From Vitrella brassicaformis CCMP3155 (Eukaryota > Protista > Chromerida), in NCBI GenBank assembly GCA_001179505.1, contig CDMY01000671.1:1-33251 (forward strand): a stretch of 33,251 nt of DNA. Direction: 5' to 3'. The notes under the pieces were generated by a model. The model was not told the DNA's origin, ran no database searches, and saw only the letters and a program-made list of their open reading frames with translations. The position numbers and the translations under genes are program-made. Positions 1 through 10,799 of the stretch are shown one piece after another; the stretch's first letter is position 1, and the number at the start of each line of letters is the position of its first letter.

Positions 1-60
1 ATGGTGCGCACAGATGCGCATGCACGTTTAGACTTGGAGTGGGTTTACGACGAATACGCC
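1..60 (-). repeat. Partial monomer of the 60-bp satellite in reverse orientation (array probably continues left of the window)
   Basis: The reverse complement of 3-40 reads cactccaagtctaaacgtgcatgcgcatctgtgcgcac, which matches the monomer in the 343-885 array. Confidence 0.8.
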
Positions 61-340
61 CTAGAAAACACCTGAACAACTTAAAAGTGTGCCAAGTCCG
101 ATGAGGAGGGCAGCAGATGATGAGACTCATAACTCTGAGACAAGCGTTTTCTTCCTAATCTATGGAACTCATCGGAAGTGGAAACTGAAGAGTTGCAATG
201 AAGTAAGCCAAAATGTGACGACGACAACATTCTAGAAAATACCTGAACCTTAGAGGGTGCCAATTTCGATGAGGAGGGCAGGCAGGACAATCAGACTCAT
301 ATCTTTGAAACAAGCATTTCCTGTCTGATCTATGGAACTC
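61..340 (+). repeat. Diverged ~110-bp direct duplication between two oppositely oriented satellite blocks
   Basis: 61-170 (ctagaaaacacctgaac...gatgaggagggcag...agactcata...acaagc...atctatggaactc) and 232-340 (ctagaaaatacctgaac...gatgaggagggcag...agactcata...acaagc...atctatggaactc) are collinear. Confidence 0.85.
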
Positions 341-342
341 AA

Positions 343-885
343 ACACTCCAAGTCCAAACGTGCATGCGCAGGTGTGCGCAGAGAGACATTCAGCATATGC
401 GCACACTCCAAGTCCAATCGTGAATGCACAGGTGTGCGCACAGGGCCATTCATTGCGCACAGAGGCATTCACCATAAGCGCACACTCCACGTCCACGCTT
501 GCATGCGCAGGTGTGCGCTTAGAGGCATTCATCATATACACACACTCCAAGTCCACTCGTGCAAGCACAAGTGTGCGCACAGAGACGTTCATTATGTACA
601 CACACTCCATTCATTATACACACACACTCCAAGTCCAATCGTGCATGCGCAGGTGTGCGCACAGAGATATTCTTCCTCTACAAACGCTCCAAGTCCAAAC
701 CTGCATGCACAAGTGTGCGCACGCAGACATTCATCATATACGCCCACTCCAAGTCCAAACGTGCATGCGCAGGTGTGCGCACCAAGACATTCGTCATATA
801 TGCACATTTCATGTCGACGCGTGCATACGCAGGTGTGCGTATAGAGGCATTGATCACATACACACACTCCAAGTCCAAACGTGCC
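343..885 (+). repeat. Tandem array of ~60-bp satellite monomers (about 9 units)
   Basis: Repeated acactccaagtccaaacgtgcatgcgcaggtgtgcgcacagagacattcatcatatac with scattered substitutions and no unique spacers. Confidence 0.95.
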
Positions 886-920
886 ATACATACGTGAGAG
901 CTGCGCACTCTATCGCACGC

Positions 921-3900
921 CTACGTCGATATCGGCAACGCCAGATGTCGGTAGGTGACGTTCGTGCGAGGATCCACAGACAGAGTCGGCAAGGTGAGCC
1001 CACCAGCCACATCTTCACTGCCGATCTTCACCAGCGCACTACGCCGCTCAGCCGACCCGCTGGTCGCACTAGTCTCATTCCCCGTCATGTATGCCGACAG
1101 AGGGATGCCGCGCACAAGATAGGGGTGGCCCAACGACAGAGATTGGTCGCTGTCACTGGCCAGAGGGAGGACCGTGATGCCCGCCTCATCGCGCCACATC
1201 TCCACCTTGACGATGGCGCCGTGGTGGTTGCACATCTCTTTTGAGAGCGCCTCTGTCGAGTTGGCCGTCAGCACTGGCACGAGCAGGGGCATCTCCTTTT
1301 CCAGCTCGTACCAGCCTGGCTGCACCAGAAACGCACGCTGAGAGTCGGTGACCTGCATGCCGTCGGTGCTGTTGGCGGCTGCATTGGTGCCGTTGCCATG
1401 TGTGTCGCAGGCGCCTGAGCGGTCCGTTTGTGGTATCGGTCTGATTCTCTCCTCTGGGAGCAGAAAACATTCCTTTTCCACATGGTCGCTGTGAACGGAA
1501 GAAGTGAAGAATGAGAACAGAACTGACAGCGCATTGTCATCCCTGCTTACATTGCGTATGGTGGTTCGCAATAGCAGTCTTCTCGTGTAGTGCTGCCGGT
1601 TGGTGATGTAAGATGGAGACCAGGACAGCGTTCACAGAGTACGCTGTCGCTCCAAACCGTCTTGTAGGTGCCTGAACGACGACAGAACACAAGAGTTTTA
1701 TGAAAAAAAGACTCGCAGTCAAGTCAGCATCAGAGTTTTTCTGTATACCTGCTGGACATGGGACGCATATGTTATCCTTGTATTCATATCCCCTGTCGCA
1801 AGCTGAGCAGGCCGTACCATTATTCATTTCAACTGCACCACACAACTCAAATCACACAGGGAATAACACAGGATATCAGAAATCGCTCGGTAGTAGAGTA
1901 ATGAATACTCACCCCGGCCAACACGGCATGACTGACACTTCTCAATGCCCTGGGCGCGTATCGTCACTGTGCCAGGCGGGCATTTGGTGCAATTCAGCCC
2001 TCTCCCCTCCCATCCATCCTTGCAGCGACACAATACACCAGCATTCACTGTTGCATCCGCCTGAATGGGCAGAACATATAAGTAACAGCAAGAAAGCAGC
2101 ATGCAGTTCCTTCTGTCCCTCTTACACGTATTCTCGTGCCAACGGTATTTTGACATATGCCAACGGTATTTTGACATATGCCCGTGCACTCCACGGCCGG
2201 ATGGACCTCCCATAGAAACTCCGGCTGCCAGTATGTATCTGTACCACTTCTATGCCACTCGCGGTACGGTCGGTAATCTACATATACAAACACATAATCA
2301 CCGAGCACGTCGCCAATATGAGAATTCACAGCTTCTGAATCTCTCACCATCACGATCACAACAAGCAGGGCAGCAGACTGGTAAGCAAGGTATAGCGGAT
2401 CGCCGGGGATGTTGCGTCCTTCATTGTGAGCTGAGCACGATGTGTCATTGTGTGGTAGTATCTGCAAAGGCAGCAGCATCAGGTATCGGATAGAGAATAG
2501 TCTAAACATTCTACGCACCTGAAGCCTCAGATTCTTGTTGTACTCAAGATTCAGAGCCCGAGGGTGGGAAACGTCGTACCTGCACAAGAACATAGTATGC
2601 ATCTTAATGCACACAGAGACGTGAAAAAAAGATGTACCATCCATAGTGTATGTCCTCAATCTCATTGGATTCCAGATAAAGGCCTGTCACGCTCACGAAC
2701 CCCTGTTGCGCCCTCACATTGATGTCGGGATATAAGTCAGCGACCGTCACCGAAAAATCCAGCTTCTCTACATCGATATACAGATCAGAACCATCAGCCG
2801 CACTCTCATCCGCCGACTCCACTGCAGGAGCCCCATCATCGTTGCCCACGACCATGCTCATGCTCGTGGCGTTCATCTGCAGTCGATAAGCCGCCATGAA
2901 CGAGGCCTTGTAGCGCCTGAATATGGGCGTGTTGAGGAGCCCAGCATTGAGAACATGCTCCAAGTTGAAAGTGGTCAGCCCCGAAGTGGTCATCGCATCT
3001 GCCGTCAAAGAGCCGTGAAGACCATTGACACTCCCATCTAATGACGCAAGAGACCTTTGCCATTTCCAGGGCATCAGAAACTCGTCTACACTCGTATTAA
3101 AGCCATTTCTGCCGAGATCTAGATACTTTAGCTGGGGCCAGTAGGGAGGCGGATTAGACAGGATTTCAGCCACGATGCGAGCACTCGGGCCTGACAAAAC
3201 AAGTCACACATTTATGAGTTCACCAGGAAGGCCACCGACCTTACTCGTCCAAGCGTGAAGACCAGATGAATGCACTCCCCACTCAAGCGGCTCTAGACGA
3301 TTACCGGCAATCTGCAGTTCCACTACTGATAAACGAAAACAACAGGAGGGCACAAGTACCGTATATATCTGTGTGTCTCCATAAAGCTCACTCACGGTTG
3401 TCCAGGCGTCTCCACCCTGAAGGGATGCGCGGAAGGCGATTGTTATCAAGATTCAGGATCTCCAGCCCTATAACATCACTAGACTATTGATTATGTAACA
3501 CGTACATCGGATTATATAGTGAACGTACTTAGAAGGCACACGCCAATCACCCTCAAAATCATGAAAGGCATTGTCATGGAGCCGTAGCTCTCTCAGAGTA
3601 TTCATCCGGCTCAGCCACACCGGAATAACGCCTGTGAGCCGATTGCGAAACAGATCCATGTACCACAGATGCTGGAGGCCCTCGAGCGTTGCAGGCAGCT
3701 TGTCAACACTGATAGTAAGATGTACGGGTATAGCAATCCAGCGCGCTCTCTGTCATTTTGTGACCGACCTTGTTTCAGAGATCCAGAGTGTGCAAAGCCC
3801 GGAGAGCATATTGAGAGAATCAGGAATAGGACCATAAATGCCCTACACATCACGGACACATGCAGCAACAACGTACTTACACGAGCAGGTCATTTACGTA

Positions 3901-5348
3901 CCTTGACGTTATAGATCATAAGGTCTCGCAAAGAAGTGGCGTTGCCGTATGCGGCCGGGATGGTGCCCGTAACGTTCTCACAGCCCCGCAGCGAAAACGT
4001 GTGGATCTTCGGCAACTTCCATAGAGCCGGCAGCCCGCCCCTAACGGCCGTGCCAGCCATGTCGAACTCCTCGAGCGAGCCACAGTGTTCAAATGCCCCT
4101 ACAAGTGAGCCCGTAACGCTCCAGCCAGATAGCGTCACTATCCGCAGGGTGGTGCATTGAGGGGAAGGGGCGGTTGCAGACAAATTGGCGCCCTGTCCGT
4201 GGAAGAGTGAGTGCATGGTGAAGGCCAGTGGGTTGTACCTCAGGCTGAGGGCCTCAAGCGACTTGCCGAACATAGTGTGGAAGGATGGTGGCAGGGTGCC
4301 CTCCAGCTGTGTGTCGTGTAAGTAAAGCCCGCGAAGATCGGGCAGGGTGACGATTTCCTCAGGCAATGGGCCGCTCAGACTAACCTGAGATACCAGGCAG
4401 CCATCAAGAGAAGACAAGAAAGATTGAGCGGCTCTTTCATTCATTCATTCACCTTGTCTATGTAGAGCAGTCTCAGCTGTGTCATTTCGCCGATTCTCTC
4501 AGATAGCCTGCCGTACAGGGGGGCATTCCACAGCGCGACGCCGAGCAGTCCCTTCAGGTCGTAGAAGGATGCATGTAGCTCCACGCCTCCAGGAGGAAAG
4601 ATAAGATGGTCAGCGTCAAGCACCATAATGTAGCTGTCCACCATCCCATCGCCCCCTCCAACCCATTCGTCCATCGCACCCCTCGTTGAAGGCCCCTTGC
4701 GCCCCGTCCGGAAGCGAACGCGCACGATGAAAGGCAGATCGCACACGCGGAAGACCCCGCAGCCGCACCCCCTCTCATCTCGATGTTCAGTGAGCGAATG
4801 AACTCCCTCAGCGGCCCTCGAGCGTCATCCTCACACACGATGCAGTCCTCATTTATGATGCCCACTGTCCCATTAGTCTTGTTTGCAGCACTGGACCCCG
4901 CCAGCGCACGCATCGATGCGCCGGGCATCACGCGGTCCAAACCGAATGGCCGGTAACTATGAAGCAGTTGCAGCTTCGCCACCACTGATGTGGCACGGCC
5001 GGGCTGCGGTGATGTACTGGTCGAGATGGCGGGAGTGTCCGCTGAGACTCTGAACCAGTCGCTGTATTGGTGTAGCATATCTGTCTCAGCCGACACGCCA
5101 TCAGCCACATCTCTCGTCAACCCATTGGCAGTTTCAGCAATCTGCAGCTGACGGGTTGCTGCCGCCAGTGGATGCGATGGATCGCAGCGGCAAGGCTTGT
5201 CACATTGATCTTCCACAGTCGAGGTGCCTGTCGTAGCCGGTCTTCCATCCACTTCACCAGAAGCGAGACCAAGGACGAGGAAGAGTCCAATGCAGAATCT
5301 CAACAATGAGAGCCGCCGCCGTCTTCGATGCGAGTTACATCGTGCCAT
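921..5348 (-). CDS. Multi-exon secreted/surface protein: signal peptide, plant-type leucine-rich repeats, EGF-like and GCC2/GCC3 (ephrin-receptor-like) Cys-rich repeats; the 3' end may continue through an intron
   Basis: ATG at 5348, followed by a hydrophobic signal (LSLLRFCIGLFLVLGLASG). LRR exons include LSGPLPEEIVTLPDLRGLYLHDTQLEGTLP, MDLFRNRLTGVIPVWLSRMNTLRELRLHDN and LKYLDLGRNGF. Cys-rich exons include LCRCKDGWEGRGLNCTKCPPG and CSACDRGYEYKDNICVPCPAG|TYKTVWSDSVLCERCPGLHLTSPTGSTTREDCYC. The GT-AG joins checked by hand near 1750/1670 and 1550/1490 keep frame into ORF 921-1571. Confidence 0.85.
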
Positions 5349-6299
5349 GGGTGGTTCATTGGCACACTGACTTGGGTCCGATCTTTCCCAGCTCGCAAAA
5401 CTGACTTAGGGTACTCCATGAAACCGCTGCTGCTGCTGTGTTGGGAGGTGCCTTCTTCCAGCCGCGTGCTGGGGTGGCGTGCGTGTGACGCTATGTGCCT
5501 GCTCGCTCGTATGTTGCCGTCGTTCGTAGCGCATTGCATATCCACCTGTTTGCTGCTTCTGCCCTTTGCGTGCTGCGTGTTGCGTGTGCGTGTTGCATGT
5601 TGGGGTGCATGTTGCATGTTGGGATGGACAAACATGGGACTGGGCCGTCAGGCCGCCTAGGGTACTTCCTGAAACCGCTGCTGCTGTGTTGGGAGGTTCG
5701 TCAACGTGTGTGGATGGAGAGATGGGATGTACACAGACAGGCACAGAATCGCCGGGTGAGTGAGTGAGCCACACACACAATACCGCACAGGCAGGCATCT
5801 TGCCAGATCTCTGCATTCGTATTGACTGTCCTTTGTTCTCTGTGCAGGCGGGGCTGTGTGTGTGTGAACGATACGCAGAGCTGGTGTGTTCCGCAAAGTT
5901 GATGAATGCACAATCTGTCTGCGCGTGGGTCAGCACGCATGCACAAGCACACGAGGAGGCGTGCGTCAGTCGCGTGTGGTCTTATCTTGTTCGTGTATGT
6001 CAGTCAGGACGTTTCTGTCGATGCTGGCGGTCGGGGCGAGTGCAGGAGGGTTGCTCGCTTCACGCGCATGCGGGCCAGATCTTACTTGGTACACAGGTCA
6101 GTAGGCAACGACAGACTACGCACTGTATGGACGTACCAATCTTACACACGTACCAAGAATCTATGAGAGCTCCTCGTGTGGGCACGCACGTACACACCGT
6201 GTGTGAGGCAGCCGGCCAGGTGGTCCTTCGTCCTGCTCGCTCGCTGCACATAACAATACATAAACCGACAGAGAATAATAGGCCGAGGCGAACGAACAC

Positions 6300-7354
6300 T
6301 ATTCCTCCTCCTTCATGGGAGGTTCGATGGCCTTTTGCTTGGACTCTTCGGCTGCTGAAGAGGACGGCAAAAAGACTCGGATGTTGCTGAGGCGCTCGGA
6401 AAACTAAAGGTGCCACTAAATCACTCGACCTTGGCCGACGACTTTAAACGTCGGAAAGATGCAGGTACACGAGGGTCGCCACAGACACAGCACAATCAAA
6501 CCTGTGTCGCTGTGCCTATAATTTGCAGTCAACTCCGGTGTAGTGACGCCCTCTCACCGTGAGCGCCTCTTCATAGTGGCCAAGACACTTTGTGACCCCT
6601 TTAAGCCAAGTGCCTTCTGGTGGAAGCCAATCTTCCTCCTCGTCCGAGTCGGGTACAAGGAAAAAGGAGAGGTAAGTCGTGTTTATCAAGTGTTTTCGTC
6701 TCGTCGCAGGATTTCCGCAAGCATCATCATCTTCGCGAGACTTCAGGCCCCAGGTTTTCAAGCCTTTCTGGTATCCTCGGGGAAAACAAGAAGCCTGCTT
6801 GGATGATACGGACCCTTTCTTCATGTTTGCAGTGCGCACTGCTGTCACTGGCGTACCTCTCGGGCCTCCTGTATTTCTTACCGTACAACCGACCGACGGA
6901 CAACTTCTTCGCCATCGTCTGTTTCACCTCTCTGCTCCTCGGCTTCACATTCGTGTCGTCCTTGGGCTTGTTGCGAGATTACCCAGAGGCAGAAGCCGCA
7001 GCACAAGTGATGGTCGGCTTCATTTTCTCCGGCCCCGGCCTGTGCTTTTTGTTTTTGGCGAACTTCGCCCTGATGCCATATCACTCGGGTGAGCGACTGC
7101 GCGACCTGCTGACGCCTGCACCTCCTCCAATAGATTCGGGAGAGACGACTTCAGCCGGTACCGGGGCAGTTCCTCAGCCGCCTGGGGAAGGAGAGACAGC
7201 CAGTCCGCCAGTGGATATTCAGGTTCTCTCAACCTCAAGTGGGAGCCGCCTGGCGATTCAGCTGAAAGAGGGGGTCGTGACCACTGACGAAGGCGAGGGC
7301 GGTGAAAGTTCTGAAGGCCCGCCTCAGACTGAGGGACTGAGGGGTAGGAGATGA
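6300..7354 (+). pseudogene. 3' exons of a multi-pass membrane protein (C-terminal TM module of the kind found after large extracellular domains); 5' part not found
   Basis: Exons 6529-6652, 6710-6770 and 6833-7354 join via GT-AG in frame to ...LCDPFKPSAFWWKPIFLLVRVGISASIIIFARLQAPGFQAFLCALLSLAYLSGLLYFLPYNRPTDNFFAIVCFTSLLLGFTFV..., giving about 4 hydrophobic helices. The upstream exon (~6320-6464) needs a 1-nt correction in an A-run to stay open. Exact 5' and 3' limits are uncertain. Confidence 0.6.
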
Positions 7355-9643
7355 GTCTTTTGCAGGATTGGGCCTCAAAGTGAGAATCGCGTCTTTTTTT
7401 CTGACCCTAGTTCCACACGAAAGACAGCTTGTCGGAGGGTGGTAGATGGCCCCCCTTTTTCGCCTTTAGAGGGACCAATACGTGTCTCCGACTTCCTCGC
7501 CACCTTGCTTTTCAGCTCCGAGGGGTCCCTGACATCTCCACGGGCCTCAAAACCACCAACCGAAAGGCCATCGCAATTTGGTTACTCGGATTTTGGTTTT
7601 GAGCCCGCAAGGACCAGACAAGGGACTCTGGGGAAACAGAATGAAGGCCTAATCATAACTGGCACCCCACTTGGTCGCCAGTCACCTGTGCCCCCCTCTC
7701 CTTCCCTCATCAGGGGGAAGACGGAAGGTCGTGAGTATCGCAGTTTTTGAGTCCACTCGAAGGCCGTTTTCGGGCATATGTGGGGATGCGTTGATGCCGT
7801 AGGTGACACATTCTGTGCAAAGAACCCTCCCACCCCCTCTCCAGCCTTCAGGATGGGGCATCCGGGCACCCGTCGACAGACAGACCGCAGTTCTCGAGCG
7901 GCTTCCGCCGAGCTTTTCAGCGGTGTGTTGAGCGAGCGGCGACGCTTTTATGCTATTCGCGGCCTCCCTCCGTGCTGTCACTGCCCTCACCGCCCTCACA
8001 GGCCCGCCACGTGGCCGCTCAGATGCCCCTGCAAAGACATCGACTCAGTGTGGCGGCAGCGATGAAGCAATGGTTTCCATCAAGATGGATGTCGTGCAGT
8101 GATTTCCATTCCTCCTCTTGGCCATATGGACCACCGCAGAACCCGCTGGGACGCTGCGAGATGAATCAAAACCGACCGCGAGCTAAGATCGGCGACTGAT
8201 CGCCTCACCCCCTCTTTTCCGTGTCACTTCGGCGATGCGTGCCACGTTATTTTCCCTTTTCGCAACAAAGAGGTGTTTTCAGCGTTCAACTGATGTGTCA
8301 CATCACGTGCTGCCGAAGTTGGAACCGTGCGGTTTCAGTAATGTTGCACGATGGATTCTGCGCGGCGATGCCTGCCGGCACCCAGACACTGGCGTAACGG
8401 TCGCGCCGATCCAACCGAATTCCATCCAATGGGGCTCTTCCGTGTGGAATGCCGTGGGTTCGTTTTTTTGCGTGTTGGGAGTTCCGAAAGTTCGTCCGAT
8501 TTCGTTTACGCATCCACGACTTTTTGCTGGTCTCGGGCAAGCACCACTGCCTTTTTCTGTGTCTGAGATAATCACTCTTTTCCCGCGGAGTGTTGTGGGT
8601 TTTGTTTGGCTCCGTTCGTGTGAATGCTGGGGCTGCTCTCGTGTTTATGTCATGAATGTATGTGGGGCCTGGCTGTTGTGTCGACTCGCAAGCGACGGGT
8701 TGTCCAAAATAGGCGTGCTCTCCCTTGCGGGTTGGCGCACAGACAGATGACGCGGGTGGGAGGAGGCTGCATGCATGATCAATAGCCTCTTCACTTGGGT
8801 GCAAAATGGATGGTGCTGATCTCTTCTTGCCTGCCCGCATGTGTGTGAATTCGTACAATCACCGATTCGTCTATTGGCTTTGTGGCTGTGTGACGACTGT
8901 GCATGGTTCATACACGACTTTTCGTGGCGGACAGATAGGCAATGACACACCCGCTTTTAGGTGGTCACTTCTGTGGTAGTCAGTTTCGGAAGACGGTTAT
9001 TTGTCTGCCTATTTGTCCGCCGAGCACTTAACTCGTAAACGTCTTGTGTGTGTCTTTCTTTGTCGCCATTCACGGGGTCGTCTGATTGACGGGTGGGTGG
9101 GTCACACGGGGGGGTTGATGTCCACACATGGGGGATGGACATACACATGTCGTGGTGCGAGACACCGACACAAAACACTGAAAACGCCATCATGCTGCCA
9201 ATCCCGGGGAATCCGCATCCACATTAGATTTACCTCCTTTCCTGGGTGCGGCGCTCGTCAGCCGTTGGACGACTCCGAAAAGAGGCGGCTGCCTGGGGCG
9301 GTTTCACGGGAAAAATACTTGACGCCCGCATCAATTCCCCCCGTCGACGATGGTCTTGTGTTACGCGCGCATGCTCCGTGTTGCGTTTTTCCCGCATCTG
9401 TGGCTGTCCGTCCCACTAACGGCGACTGTACGGCGTATGATCCATGCCGCTTTGTTTCCTCGACAAAGACAGCGATCCTACGGGGTGTAGCGGTGGAGGC
9501 ATGATTGTCATTTTGTGTAGAATTCAGGCCACACTTCACGAGAAGAAACATGTAGAGCCAAGTCTGTCACGACACCGCAGACATCTTAGACACACACACG
9601 GTGGCTGGACCCTTTCTCATCGCGTCGCCACAGATGAAGTAAG

Positions 9644-10710
9644 TCATCGCATCAATTGCTTGCGTCTCTGTCGAAGTCTGGCTTTGTGGAAAACACTCGC
9701 AATCTCCTCCAAGCTGCGGCCACCCGTCTCGGGGACGCAGACGCAGGTGATCAACAGGATTATTAGAGTCGTACCGGCGTACAGAGCAAACGTACCTGAA
9801 TCCGACCATGAACGAATGCACGTAGAGACATGATGCAATTCCGCCCACTCGCCCACCGTGGACGCTGAGGAAGTCGAAGAGCGACTCGAATGTGTGACTC
9901 GAGAGAAAATGAGTAATCCAAAAGGCTGTCATGGACATCCCCGTGCCGACCTGCGTAGATGGTACGCGAAATATGCGGTGAGTACACAATCGATACATAG
10001 CTGGTGCACGTACGTACCCCTCTGAGGTGAGACGGCAGGACCTCCGAGATGACAACAAACATGAGGCCGGCCCATCCAATGCTCCGGAACAGAAACAGAG
10101 GTAGCATGCCCATCATGCACAGAGGACCTCTCCATGAGGCGTACGTCGACGTCGTTGGCTGTACATGTACACACACCACGCATTCATGGCAGTTGCTCTC
10201 TCCCTGTGCGTGTGTGGCCAGACCTACAATTGTGAAGGCACATGATAAGCATATGTGGCAGAAGAGGGAGCCCGTGTTGCATATGTTGAGCAAGGTCTTT
10301 CGTCAGCATTGCTCGATGAAGGCAAAGCTGAACACCACTCCGAGGAACTTGAGCAGAACCCTCACTGCCAAGGCCCCAAAAGGCCACTTCACGCCCGCCA
10401 TCGTAAGCAAATCAGTGGAATAAGACATCACACTAGCGGACGCGATAAAATTCTGCATCATTCATTCACGCAGACAAATGGCTTGAACATGTTTCGTGTT
10501 GTGTATTGTGTCAACGCACTGGGGCTGCTCCGCAGAATACAGCGATAGAGACGTCCACGCGAGGGCGCCGCAGATTCTGCAACACACTACACACACCCAA
10601 GGAGATATGCTCCAGATGGCACATCTCAACGAGCGTCGTGATCTCCGCCAAAGTCAGCGAGTAGGCGGCGGAGGCGGACTTGTGCAAAGCAGCCATGCGA
10701 TCACGCTCTG
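9644..10710 (-). pseudogene. MFS sugar porter (Sugar_tr family), C-terminal half, disrupted
   Basis: Motifs VMSYSTDLLTMAG, FIEQC*RKTLL (D-R-x-G-R-[KR] loop with TGA at 10303-10305 where Gly is expected), WAGLMFVVISEVLPSHLRG and VPETGGRSLEEIA, with the stop at 9644. Confidence 0.85.
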
Positions 10711-10799
10711 AGCACATCAGCAGACACAGCCTTGCGCGTGTGTTTTGGGCATATGTCTGTGTGTGTGTGTGTGCATGTGTCTTTGTGAGTGTGTACCTC

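Noticed and set aside
196-210. Partial match to the dinoflagellate spliced leader (CATTTTGGCT on the minus strand)
   Set aside because: Only about 10 nt match, which is expected by chance.
343-885. CRISPR-like array
   Set aside because: Monomers are contiguous and homologous end to end; there are no unique spacers and no cas genes. The same holds for the other satellite arrays.
155-1244. Long His/Cys-rich ORFs (HAQVCAHRHSSYTHTPSPNV-type) here and at 23766-24467, 28759-29186, 29776-30744 and 31188-33036
   Set aside because: They arise because the 60-bp monomer is a multiple of 3 and is stop-poor in several frames on both strands; there is no evidence of coding selection.
5400-5420. TTAGGG/CTAGGG as telomeric repeats linked to the PLE
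   Set aside because: These are isolated single occurrences far from the PLE, with no tandem telomeric tract anywhere in the window.
9236-9262. CTGACGAG...GAAA on the minus strand as a hammerhead ribozyme core
   Set aside because: The intervening sequence does not form stem II and no flanking stems were found.
7760-9560. Numerous 70-190 aa ORFs in both directions
   Set aside because: No motifs, no consistent splice pattern and mutually overlapping frames; treated as intergenic.
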